Virus record (IMG/VR): IMGVR_UViG_3300032007_000008
Strand: one strand, 5' to 3'
Length of the DNA: 64,000 bases
Origin: a virus
Lineage: Duplodnaviria; Heunggongvirae; Uroviricota; Caudoviricetes
Under the pieces are notes generated by a model that was not told where the DNA came from, ran no database searches, and saw only the letters and a program-made list of their open reading frames with translations. A program made the translations under genes and the position numbers. Position 1 is the first letter of the stretch. Every line of letters begins with the position of its first letter. Shown piece after piece: positions 25,975-34,026 of this stretch.

Positions 25975-26564
25975 GCATGTTTGTTCTCAACGTGACATCC
26001 GAAGGGATTAACGAAGAACCGTTCATATTGCAGAGATTTTATTCAAATCTTCACAATGCGATATGCGATTTCAGAAAAATGGTTCGGAACATACCGCAGT
26101 TTAGAGAATTGTCAGATTCGTCAATAGGAAACCTTGAACTAGGATATTCTAGGAATTTCGACAGGTTCTGGTTTTCACTGTCTGAAATACCTGTGACTGC
26201 ACCGACATACGGCAAAGATGAAGACGAAGAGGATTTCAGTCCGCTGTGGTTTTCTAAGAAGGAACTCAGGAAAATAGAAGATAGCGTCTCAGAAAACATC
26301 CAAAAAAGCGGATTCAAGTTAGAGATTCTCTCGGCAGAAGAAATGGAAAGGCGCGACAGAGAAGCTAGAGTGGATGAAAGCAGAATGTCGGAGTGGCAGT
26401 GTCCAAAATGCCGCCACAGGGTTGTAAACGCGCAGATTCCCACGATTGACGGAATGGAGGCTTGGGGATGTTCAAGGTTCTGCGATACGCATAACAGCAG
26501 CTATTTCAATGGTCACGCCTGCAAGCTCTTCGAAAATGGAGATTGTTTCATGGTATGGCCATGA
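25971..26564 (+). CDS. Hypothetical protein with a C-terminal zinc-ribbon (CPKC...C...C)
   Basis: There is an ATGA overlap. Confidence 0.55.
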   Translation: MSMFVLNVTSEGINEEPFILQRFYSNLHNAICDFRKMVRNIPQFRELSDSSIGNLELGYSRNFDRFWFSLSEIPVTAPTYGKDEDEEDFSPLWFSKKELRKIEDSVSENIQKSGFKLEILSAEEMERRDREARVDESRMSEWQCPKCRHRVVNAQIPTIDGMEAWGCSRFCDTHNSSYFNGHACKLFENGDCFMVWP

Positions 26565-26577
26565 GAAAGGAAAAACT

Positions 26578-26910
26578 ATGGAAAACGAAAAAGTAAAATT
26601 GATAAGGACTATTAGTGGAGAGTATTTGCTTGGTCTGTCTAGTCAAGCTTCGTCAATAGACGGTAAGATTAAGCTAAAGAGCGTGAGGAAGCTGTCCATG
26701 GCGATGACCATAAGCGGAGAAGCTTCTGTGGCTCTTGTCCCTCTATGCCCATTCTCGATAAAGAAGCAGGACGATTTGGAAATCAAAGACGATTTCGTTC
26801 TGTTTCAGCTAAACGAGGACGAGCTTCAAAAAGAGCTTGTAACGTCATACCGCTCCGAGATAAGCGGTATATCGTTGGTATCCAGCGGACCGACAAACCT
26901 CATAGTCTAA
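26578..26910 (+). CDS. Hypothetical protein (110 aa)
   Basis: The RBS gaaaggaaaaac is present. Confidence 0.55.
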   Translation: MENEKVKLIRTISGEYLLGLSSQASSIDGKIKLKSVRKLSMAMTISGEASVALVPLCPFSIKKQDDLEIKDDFVLFQLNEDELQKELVTSYRSEISGISLVSSGPTNLIV

Positions 26911-26941
26911 GATGACCTACAAAGAAGCAAAAAAGGAGATA

Positions 26942-27091
26942 ATGTTCATGGAGATGAACCTCGACTACAAAAATCCGAACGTCGAGGTTCTCAAAATGTC
27001 ATTGTCTAGGATAAAGGATTACATATTGGAGAGTCACAATGGGCGAAACAATAGACTTCAAGAACGCTCAGAAAAAGCGCGAAGGCGATAA
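26942..27091 (+). CDS. Hypothetical small protein (49 aa) with a very strong RBS
   Basis: The RBS aaaaggagataatg is present. It overlaps the next gene by 53 nt in another frame. Confidence 0.35.
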   Translation: MFMEMNLDYKNPNVEVLKMSLSRIKDYILESHNGRNNRLQERSEKARRR

Positions 27092-27260
27092 CCCCTTCGG
27101 TCTTCCGTGGAGGTTCGGCGCGATACCTGACGAAAACAACACTTGGCATGGATGGATTTTCGACTGTAACGGAAACCCTCTGTTTGCAGACACCGAAGCT
27201 GTCAAGTTCATAATAGAATCGGTAAATACTCAAAATGGATACGCCACAGAAAGAGATTGA
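27039..27260 (+). CDS. Hypothetical protein (73 aa)
   Basis: The RBS ggagag is present. Confidence 0.45.
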   Translation: MGETIDFKNAQKKREGDNPFGLPWRFGAIPDENNTWHGWIFDCNGNPLFADTEAVKFIIESVNTQNGYATERD

Positions 27261-27822
27261 ATCGCTTAAAAGCGAAAACGAACGACTTAAGATGTACCTT
27301 ATGGACATCTTTTGCTATGCTTCGATTGGAGGACTCATCGAACATGACAAGATTTGGGAAATAGTTTGTGACGGAATAGCAGACATACTGAAGAAGGACG
27401 GCGTGATGAATCCTGAAACGGACTCTCGAAAAGAGGCCGAAATCCAAATTGGAGAACTGTCAGATGGATATCACACGTTCAACGAACTGTACGAACACAG
27501 AACTGCACTGTTTGCCCTTCTTGCCAACACCTACCCATACTGCAACACCGCATGGAAAAGTAGAAAACACAACGATGGCACTTCATATGATGGTTATTTC
27601 ATATGCGGAATAGACCTACCATGCATAGGCAAAACGGTAACATACCACATAAACGACAAGTACTGGGATTTCTTCGAGAACATCAAGACTCTTGAACAGG
27701 CACCAGCATGGGACGGTCATACTCCATCCGATGTCGTCATCAGGTTATTAGCGGAAAGCACTGTCGCATATTCGCATTCGAAGGAGATGGAAGACAACGT
27801 GAAAAACGGGAGAGACGCATGA
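27235..27822 (+). CDS. Hypothetical protein (195 aa)
   Basis: The ORF is contiguous with its neighbours. No RBS is present. Confidence 0.45.
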   Translation: MDTPQKEIESLKSENERLKMYLMDIFCYASIGGLIEHDKIWEIVCDGIADILKKDGVMNPETDSRKEAEIQIGELSDGYHTFNELYEHRTALFALLANTYPYCNTAWKSRKHNDGTSYDGYFICGIDLPCIGKTVTYHINDKYWDFFENIKTLEQAPAWDGHTPSDVVIRLLAESTVAYSHSKEMEDNVKNGRDA

Positions 27823-28286
27823 ACAAAATTGTGTTTCTCGACATAGACGGTGTTCTTACGACACGAGATACTAGCTATCTCACCCGAAACTATTCTCTCA
27901 ACATGGAAAATGTCGAAAGGGCTAAACGACTTCTCGACAGCACAGGCGCCAAGCTCGTGTGGTCTACCAACTGGCGCGGAATAAAAGATGGCGTGTGGGT
28001 TCATGATGGAATAGAAACCAAAAGCTTATTCCCAATCGCAAAACAGCTTTTCAAAGACTATGAGTTCGAAGTTCCGATGAAGAGAAATCACGGATACCGA
28101 AAATACGTTGACATCATCGAATGGCTAAGGGAAAACATGTGGGCATGGAGCGACTTTGCCATAATAGACGACCAGGGAAATCAGCTTCTCGAACGGTTCG
28201 GAGAAAACTTTTTTAGGACTGATTTCGATGTTGGTCTTACTGACGCAGATGTTTTCAGTATAGAACAATACCTCAAGGAAGAATGA
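27819..28286 (+). CDS. HAD-superfamily phosphatase-like protein
   Basis: Motif I is IVFLDIDGVLTT (DxDG). A Ser/Thr motif (LVWSTNW), a Lys and a DD motif (AIIDDQG) follow. The RBS is gggagag. Confidence 0.6.
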   Translation: MNKIVFLDIDGVLTTRDTSYLTRNYSLNMENVERAKRLLDSTGAKLVWSTNWRGIKDGVWVHDGIETKSLFPIAKQLFKDYEFEVPMKRNHGYRKYVDIIEWLRENMWAWSDFAIIDDQGNQLLERFGENFFRTDFDVGLTDADVFSIEQYLKEE

Positions 28287-28549
28287 CATACCTGAAATGC
28301 GACAGATACGACATAGGCGGAAACCATGTCGAGACTCTATACGTAAAGAAGTTCAGTGACAAGTTTGAAGCCGTCGATTTCGTTGACAAAAACTATCTCG
28401 TTGGTCTTGGAATGCGAAACAGGAAACGGATAGAGCTTTGCAGGAGATGGAAAATGTTTTTCTCGTATCCTGTTGGATATCTCGGTGAACTGGAACCGGC
28501 CGGTGTGATAGGCTTCAGGATTTATTCAAGAGAAAAGGGGTGCAAGTGA
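28283..28549 (+). CDS. Hypothetical protein (88 aa)
   Basis: There is an ATGA overlap. This is the last gene of the plus-strand block. Confidence 0.5.
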   Translation: MTYLKCDRYDIGGNHVETLYVKKFSDKFEAVDFVDKNYLVGLGMRNRKRIELCRRWKMFFSYPVGYLGELEPAGVIGFRIYSREKGCK

Positions 28550-28566
28550 TGCACCCCTCTTCGTTA
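28536..28566 (+). terminator. Hairpin terminator (aggggtgca-agtga-tgcacccct) spanning the stop codon
   Basis: A perfect 9-bp stem, but a weak U-tail. Confidence 0.5.
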
Positions 28567-28578
28567 CCCCAAATTGCG

Positions 28579-29934
28579 TTAGAACAACTGGAATGTTAGG
28601 TCATATCTGCACATCGGGTCTTCAACGGTGCCAGCCGCATGCGCAATTATCTGTCCGTTCAGCTTGATATTCTTTCCAAAGTTATTTCTATACTTTGCAT
28701 CAAACTGCCATGCCTTGGATTTTCCGTCAAGGGAATACCCATGCTGGTAGTAGCTATCGTTTCTCGCACCGAAGTTCACGTTCATGCCCATTTCGGATGA
28801 AAGAATTTCGAATACTCGATGTATCGGCTCCCAGTATACGTCCTTGAAAAGTCCCTTTATCACTGGAAGTATGTTGTCGTATATGTAATTCTGCGCCGCC
28901 CGTATTGTCTTGCGCTTTGCCAATCCGTCACATGGAATTGGATATTCCTCTGTTTCCGCGCCATCGAAATTCTCAGAAACGCCATTCGATTTTTCGCTTG
29001 CAGCGGCAACCTTCTTCTCGTCGTCTACGGCATCCTTTACATCCTTCGCGGCAAGAGCTGCATCTATACCCAATGAAACCGCAGTGCCAGCCCCTGGGAT
29101 GCATCCAGCTATCCCGGAACCAAGCTCGCCCACCGAGCCTAGAAAATCTCCCTTTCGTGCTCTGTCAAAGGCATATTTTGCTCCAACCCCAAGACTGACA
29201 AATGGCACTTTCTTCAAAACGGTCTTGCCAACTGCCTTTGCCGCCGCCTTCGTTGCGGCTTTGGTAGCTGCCTTCGCAACAACTTTAGCACCGGCCTTTT
29301 TTGCAGCAAATTTCTGGCCGACCTTTATACCGTGCTTGATTCCATCCTTTACTCCACCCTTTAGCGTCGCCTTTCCGCCTGTCTTCTGGAGAAACTTGTC
29401 CTTGTTGTAGTTGACAGCCTGCTTTAGGCTGGAATCGGAGCTATCGTCATCCGTGGATTCTCCTGACGACTCGGACACGCACTCAAGAAGATTTCCATAC
29501 GAATCTACCTGCTTTATGCTTAGACCCTGTACGCCGCAGTGGTTTGAAAATATGTACAGCGCGTTGTTTGCAGCGTCTGGGTTTAGATATACTACAGCAT
29601 TGTCACCGAGCGGAGCAAAGCTTCTGTGGCCGTTCTTGAACGATATAACGTTTCCGTTTCTGTCCGATATCACATATCCAGCCATACTTTCCTGAATATT
29701 AGTCTTGGTGGACTCATCAAATACAACTTCGTCAAGCCAATTCTGTACATCCTCCCAAGAGCTGAATCCTCCTGAAGGAAATGTTCCATATTCGCTGTTG
29801 AAAACAATGTAACCCCCTTCAGGGTCTGAATCTATGTCGTCATAGTCATATCCATGAGAGCGCATCTCTTCCTTTATTCTCTCTATATTGTCGTCAACAA
29901 CCCATTCGTTAACGGCGGTTATACGGTTTTCCAT
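28579..29934 (-). CDS. Hypothetical protein (451 aa) with an internal Lys/Ala/Gly-rich low-complexity region
   Basis: The ORF is long and clean. The low-complexity region reads KAATKAATKAAAKAVGK. Confidence 0.65.
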   Translation of the reverse strand: MENRITAVNEWVVDDNIERIKEEMRSHGYDYDDIDSDPEGGYIVFNSEYGTFPSGGFSSWEDVQNWLDEVVFDESTKTNIQESMAGYVISDRNGNVISFKNGHRSFAPLGDNAVVYLNPDAANNALYIFSNHCGVQGLSIKQVDSYGNLLECVSESSGESTDDDSSDSSLKQAVNYNKDKFLQKTGGKATLKGGVKDGIKHGIKVGQKFAAKKAGAKVVAKAATKAATKAAAKAVGKTVLKKVPFVSLGVGAKYAFDRARKGDFLGSVGELGSGIAGCIPGAGTAVSLGIDAALAAKDVKDAVDDEKKVAAASEKSNGVSENFDGAETEEYPIPCDGLAKRKTIRAAQNYIYDNILPVIKGLFKDVYWEPIHRVFEILSSEMGMNVNFGARNDSYYQHGYSLDGKSKAWQFDAKYRNNFGKNIKLNGQIIAHAAGTVEDPMCRYDLTFQLF

Positions 29935-29982
29935 ATCTCTAATAGTAAAAAATGATGTTAATACTATTTAGTGTATTTCGCC

Positions 29983-30019
29983 AAATAAAGATAAAAGGAC
30001 ACGGCTTATCCGTGTCCTT
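29983..30019 (-). terminator. Rho-independent terminator (minus strand)
   Basis: The hairpin is ggacacgg-ctta-ccgtgtcc with a T-rich tail on the minus strand. Confidence 0.7.
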
Positions 30020-30045
30020 TTCCATGCTCCAGCTTTGTACTGTTC

Positions 30046-31317
30046 TTACTTGACCCTCTTCTGAACCGTAGCCTTCTTTGGCGCAGGTGTCACCTCTGGA
30101 GCGGGTGTGACGGCAGCTTCTGGCGACTTTACGGAATCCTCACCGATAAGTTCAAGTGCAATAGCCGCATTCTTGAGCTGGAAGAAGGTGTTCAGCGCAC
30201 TCTCTGCTCCGCTCGAACCGTTTCCGGATGCCATGACCGTCGGGAGCTTGAGCTTGCCGATACCCTCAGCATAAGCCTTAGCCACGCCAATCTTCGTCTC
30301 CTTCTCGATTTCAAGCTTTACGCGCTCCTGCTCGGTGATTGCACCGGACAGCTCGATTTCCTTCTTCTTGGCCTCTGCGGTCGCAACCTTCTGCTCAGCC
30401 TGAAGCTTGATTGCTTCGAGATTCTCAGCCTCGGTTCTCTTCTGAACCTCTGCGACCACAAAGAGCTTCTCAGCCTCGACCTTTGCAACCTCCTTCTGAC
30501 GCTCGACCTCGATGACGGCCTTCTCCTTCTCAAGCTTGGCGACCTCGACAGCCTTAGCAGCCTCAATCTCAGCCATCTTCTTCTCGCGCTCCTTGGACTG
30601 AACGTCCTTCGCCATCTGAGCCTCGGCCTGACCCTTCTGCTCGGCAATCTGCATCTGGTAATTTGCCTCGACCTTCAGCTTCTCCGCTTCGAGCTTGACC
30701 TTCTCCGCTTCCGCGAGACGCTTTGCCAAATCAGCATCCTTCTGCTTGGAGAACTGTGCCTCAGTCTCCTTGTCGTACTTAGGAAGACCCGCACAGGTAA
30801 AGCTAACAACGTCGATACCATCCTTTAGAAGCTCGGCCTCGTGAATGATTGCATCGTGAATCTTCTTTGCGAATTCTGGAAACTTCTCGACCGACTCCGA
30901 AGGCGTGTACTGAGAAGCGACACACTGCGCCACGGTCTGCAAGCTCGTTCGAACCTTCTGCCAAATCTTCTCGTCCGAACCCTCAACCTGCTGGTGGAGG
31001 CGAATAACCGTCTCGTCATTGGTGGAGTCGATTCGATAACCAATCTGACAGTTGAGACGAGCAGTAGTCTTGTTAGAAAACTGCATCACGATTGCGTCGC
31101 GGTCCGCTTCGGAACAGATATCGACAGACGCCTTTGGATACTCCCAGATGCGAGGGAAGAACCTCGGATACCATCCGCCATCCCTGCGAATCTCGATACT
31201 TCCGTTGACATTCTGAATAATCTGAATCTTGTCAACGTTGTTGCAGTGAAACATCTGCAAGAACAGAATCAGAACTGCGACGGCGCAAACGCCCATCATG
31301 AATAGATACTTACCCAT
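30046..31317 (-). CDS. SPFH/Band-7 (flotillin-like) membrane protein with a long Glu/Ala/Lys coiled-coil
   Basis: An N-terminal TM helix is followed by a Band-7-like core (NCQIGYRIDSTNDETVIRL; DGIDVVSFTCAGLPKYDKETEAQF). An EA-repeat-like coiled-coil follows, AEAEKVKLEAEKLKVEA... Confidence 0.6.
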   Translation of the reverse strand: MGKYLFMMGVCAVAVLILFLQMFHCNNVDKIQIIQNVNGSIEIRRDGGWYPRFFPRIWEYPKASVDICSEADRDAIVMQFSNKTTARLNCQIGYRIDSTNDETVIRLHQQVEGSDEKIWQKVRTSLQTVAQCVASQYTPSESVEKFPEFAKKIHDAIIHEAELLKDGIDVVSFTCAGLPKYDKETEAQFSKQKDADLAKRLAEAEKVKLEAEKLKVEANYQMQIAEQKGQAEAQMAKDVQSKEREKKMAEIEAAKAVEVAKLEKEKAVIEVERQKEVAKVEAEKLFVVAEVQKRTEAENLEAIKLQAEQKVATAEAKKKEIELSGAITEQERVKLEIEKETKIGVAKAYAEGIGKLKLPTVMASGNGSSGAESALNTFFQLKNAAIALELIGEDSVKSPEAAVTPAPEVTPAPKKATVQKRVK

Positions 31318-31330
31318 TTTAGTTTTCCTT

Positions 31331-31504
31331 TTAGTTGTTTGTTTTCTTGTTTTTGTTGTTTTTGGTTGTTTCCTCAGTAGTGGAGCATTGCTTTTTTCTA
31401 CTGAAAAATTCGCGTGTTCCTAGATATACGACCTGAGCCGTGAACCATACGAATCCACATGCAAGGGTGAATACCAGAATACAGAATAGAAGTTTGATTC
31501 CCAT
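31331..31504 (-). CDS. Small membrane protein (57 aa) immediately upstream of the SPFH gene
   Basis: An internal ATG with the RBS aaaggacaaaaaag was chosen. There is a TM helix followed by a basic tail. Confidence 0.45.
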   Translation of the reverse strand: MGIKLLFCILVFTLACGFVWFTAQVVYLGTREFFSRKKQCSTTEETTKNNKNKKTNN

Positions 31505-31569
31505 TTTCTTTTTTGTCCTTTGATGGCTGCAATTATACCACACCAATGGTTTTATCGCAACTGTTTATT

Positions 31570-32748
31570 TTAAGACTTTTTCGAAAGAGCCTCAAGGTAT
31601 GCGAGAGACTTGCACTTGAAGTGGATGCAGGTGTTAATCTCCCTAGTGTACGTTCCTCCGTTCTCAAGCGTCTCCGTAATGACGTTCTTGTGTATCGGAG
31701 CGTTGATTACAATGCCTTCTCCGAAATCGAGAGGCTTGTCGCGATACTCTTCGAGAAGTTCCTTCGTGAGGATTGCCGTGCCGAGAATTGGAACGGTTTT
31801 TATCTCCTCTCCACAAAGCTCTTTGATTTGCTTGTTGATTTCAAGAAAATGGTAAGGCGTTCCATATACTCCATTCTTCTCCGCAAAATCGGATGCGTCT
31901 GGGAACATCACCCCATATAGGTTGAATGTAGGCTCCGGAACGTCTTTGTCCTTGTTGAAAGAGAACTTCTGCAAATTGGGAGCTACGCACTCTCCACGAA
32001 GAGCAATGCACTTGTTGTTGGCCTTAGCCCATGCAAGTCCCAATGGAATGACCTTTTTGGCGCACCTGTTCCAAATGTTATCACAGCTTACGTTCAGGTC
32101 GTTAGAACGGGAGCATACGTGGTAATCGCCATTCGGCAGGCAGATTATGGTAGTGGACGCTCCATCGAGCTTCTTCGTAAGCAGAACCTCGACCCCGAAT
32201 GGAAGCTCCTGCGGCCTGATGTTCTGGTAGTTCTCCTCGTCGGACTTGGGGATTCCGGCTGGAAGTCCTCCACGCGCCTCAATGTTCCCCATCTTCGGAA
32301 GAGGCGCAGTCCAGTGTCCAACACCGTACTTCCCCTGCAACAGAGAGCCTGGGAACTCGGAACGAAGAATCTCGTCATCCTTTTTCCAGTCTTTTCCGCT
32401 ATCCTGCTTAAACCTCGCGTAGAGCTTTGTCAGAGGTACGATAATGCCAGACGAATACTCTCCGCGAAGCTTGATTGTCTTGACGCGACCGCCTCCTCCG
32501 AGATACTTGATTAAAGGCTCCTGCCATGGATATTTCCACTCGTAGCCGGAAGTGTCTGACAGTCCCTTAACGCTGTCATACTCAAGCAGCTTTGCGTCAT
32601 CGCGAATGTAAAATACCACCTCGCCTTCGGAAATCTCGCCCTTTCCGCAAATGACTTGATAGCCTGACACGATAGCTATGTCGAGCTTGTCTGCTCCAGG
32701 GTGGGGAAATACCTTCTCCACCCTCTCGAAAGTTGCATCCAATGCCAT
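31570..32748 (-). CDS. ATP-dependent RNA ligase-like nucleotidyltransferase with an N-terminal tRNA-binding (OB-fold)-like domain
   Basis: The N-terminus (FPHPGADKLDIAIVSGYQVICGKGEISEGEVVFYI ... KTIKLRGEYSSGIIV) resembles the MetRS-C/Trbp111/CsaA tRNA-binding domain. The ligase core has motif I TKKLDGAST (KxDG), motif IV GEGIVIN and motif V HFKCK. Confidence 0.65.
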   Translation of the reverse strand: MALDATFERVEKVFPHPGADKLDIAIVSGYQVICGKGEISEGEVVFYIRDDAKLLEYDSVKGLSDTSGYEWKYPWQEPLIKYLGGGGRVKTIKLRGEYSSGIIVPLTKLYARFKQDSGKDWKKDDEILRSEFPGSLLQGKYGVGHWTAPLPKMGNIEARGGLPAGIPKSDEENYQNIRPQELPFGVEVLLTKKLDGASTTIICLPNGDYHVCSRSNDLNVSCDNIWNRCAKKVIPLGLAWAKANNKCIALRGECVAPNLQKFSFNKDKDVPEPTFNLYGVMFPDASDFAEKNGVYGTPYHFLEINKQIKELCGEEIKTVPILGTAILTKELLEEYRDKPLDFGEGIVINAPIHKNVITETLENGGTYTREINTCIHFKCKSLAYLEALSKKS

Positions 32749-32763
32749 GTTGTTTTCCTCCTA

Positions 32764-33903
32764 TCAGAAGAAAAGGTTTCCGTACATTCCGTTGCTGGAC
32801 CACGTGTGCGGGGTAAGCACGAGCTTCGTAACCTTCGGCTTGCGGCTCTCGTCCTCCGAACGGGCGTCCTCCTTGGTGTAGCGTCCAAACGGCCTCTCAA
32901 GGGAAGTCCAGCGAATTCCGTTCTCGTTGATGATGAGATTTCCGGTGCCGCGGTCTATGCGCCCCTGCGTCATGTCGAAGCACACCTCGATGTTCGGGTG
33001 GTTCGAACCCTCGCAAGTCAGATACTCAACATCATCGTCGTCATCGACACAAATCCACTGCGCATTGGCGGTAAGCTCGATTCCGTCGATTACGGTCTTG
33101 ATGTCATAGCACTTGCGCTCCTCGGAAATATCGATGTTAAGGTCGTTCACGGACTCCTTCAGTGAATAACCATTGTTAAGCTCGTTAACGATTGCCGCGA
33201 GAATGTCGTAGTTGATGTCGTGAAACTTCGCGATGAGAACGAGCTTCTCAATGTCGTCGCCTCCATTCTTGAGATTGTCGATAGCATACTCGCGAACCTC
33301 TTCCTCTGCAAGATAGTTGAACTTGAAGTGGTAGTAGAAGCGGCCTGGGCGGTTGATGAAGAACTCCGAAAGCTTGTGGCAGCTGTTGATTGCCACCATG
33401 AACAGCTTCTTTCCGCTGTCGGTTCCGTCAAAGAGAGAAAGGAACTGAGTCTGACCGCCCTGCTCGTCTCCGTCGTGCATACCGTCCTTGAGAAAATTCT
33501 TCTCAAACTCGTCGAAGAGGACGACGCACTCCTGGTCGATTTTTCCGAGAAAATCGGCAAGACCCGGAATGTCACCCGAAACAACGATGACCGGCAGACC
33601 ACGCTCGATTGCCTTCTCAGCGGTATACCGCATAAAGACGCTCTTTCCCATGCCCTTGTCTCCGCTCAAAAGAATTCCAAGGTTCTTCGAGCGATTATCG
33701 AACGTCTTGAAAATCTTCTCCACACGACGCGGAGTATTTCCGTAAATCTTGAAATTCCCAGTCACAAGCTCCTTTCGCTCAGAGAGCCAGGTGCCGAACA
33801 TCTGGCTGAAGTTGATTGTGTAGACTTTCGGAGGAAGATTGGAAATGATTTTGGTTCCACCGTCCACCACCCTATAGTTAATGCCATTGTTAGAATACTG
33901 CAT
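32764..33903 (-). CDS. Classic AAA ATPase
   Basis: Walker A is GDKGMGKS and Walker B is VVLFDEFE. Sensor-1 is AINS. The second-region-of-homology arginines are in NRPGRF. Confidence 0.75.
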   Translation of the reverse strand: MQYSNNGINYRVVDGGTKIISNLPPKVYTINFSQMFGTWLSERKELVTGNFKIYGNTPRRVEKIFKTFDNRSKNLGILLSGDKGMGKSVFMRYTAEKAIERGLPVIVVSGDIPGLADFLGKIDQECVVLFDEFEKNFLKDGMHDGDEQGGQTQFLSLFDGTDSGKKLFMVAINSCHKLSEFFINRPGRFYYHFKFNYLAEEEVREYAIDNLKNGGDDIEKLVLIAKFHDINYDILAAIVNELNNGYSLKESVNDLNIDISEERKCYDIKTVIDGIELTANAQWICVDDDDDVEYLTCEGSNHPNIEVCFDMTQGRIDRGTGNLIINENGIRWTSLERPFGRYTKEDARSEDESRKPKVTKLVLTPHTWSSNGMYGNLFF

Positions 33904-33932
33904 GATTACTCCTTTGTGATTTGATGCCGCCT

Positions 33933-33961
33933 ATTATAGCACAAAACTTGACAGTTCGCAA
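33933..33961 (-). promoter_or_regulatory. Promoter (minus strand) TTGCGA-N17-TATAATaggcggc driving the AAA gene
   Basis: The reverse complement reads ttgcgaactgtcaagttttgtgctataataggcggc. Confidence 0.55.
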
Positions 33962-33997
33962 CAAAAAATCTCAGCAAGTTTTCAACTGCTGAGATTT
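33962..33997 (-). terminator. Rho-independent terminator (minus strand) downstream of the vWA gene
   Basis: aaatctcagca...tgctgagattt, followed by T6 on the minus strand. Confidence 0.65.
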
Positions 33998-34026
33998 CTG
34001 TGCGGCTCTATGGCCTATGCGTTCTA

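Noticed and set aside
30841-31305. A 154-aa plus-strand ORF antisense to the SPFH gene; similarly 36214..36570 antisense to the phosphoesterase gene
   Set aside because: They are antisense shadows of genes with clear domain signatures.
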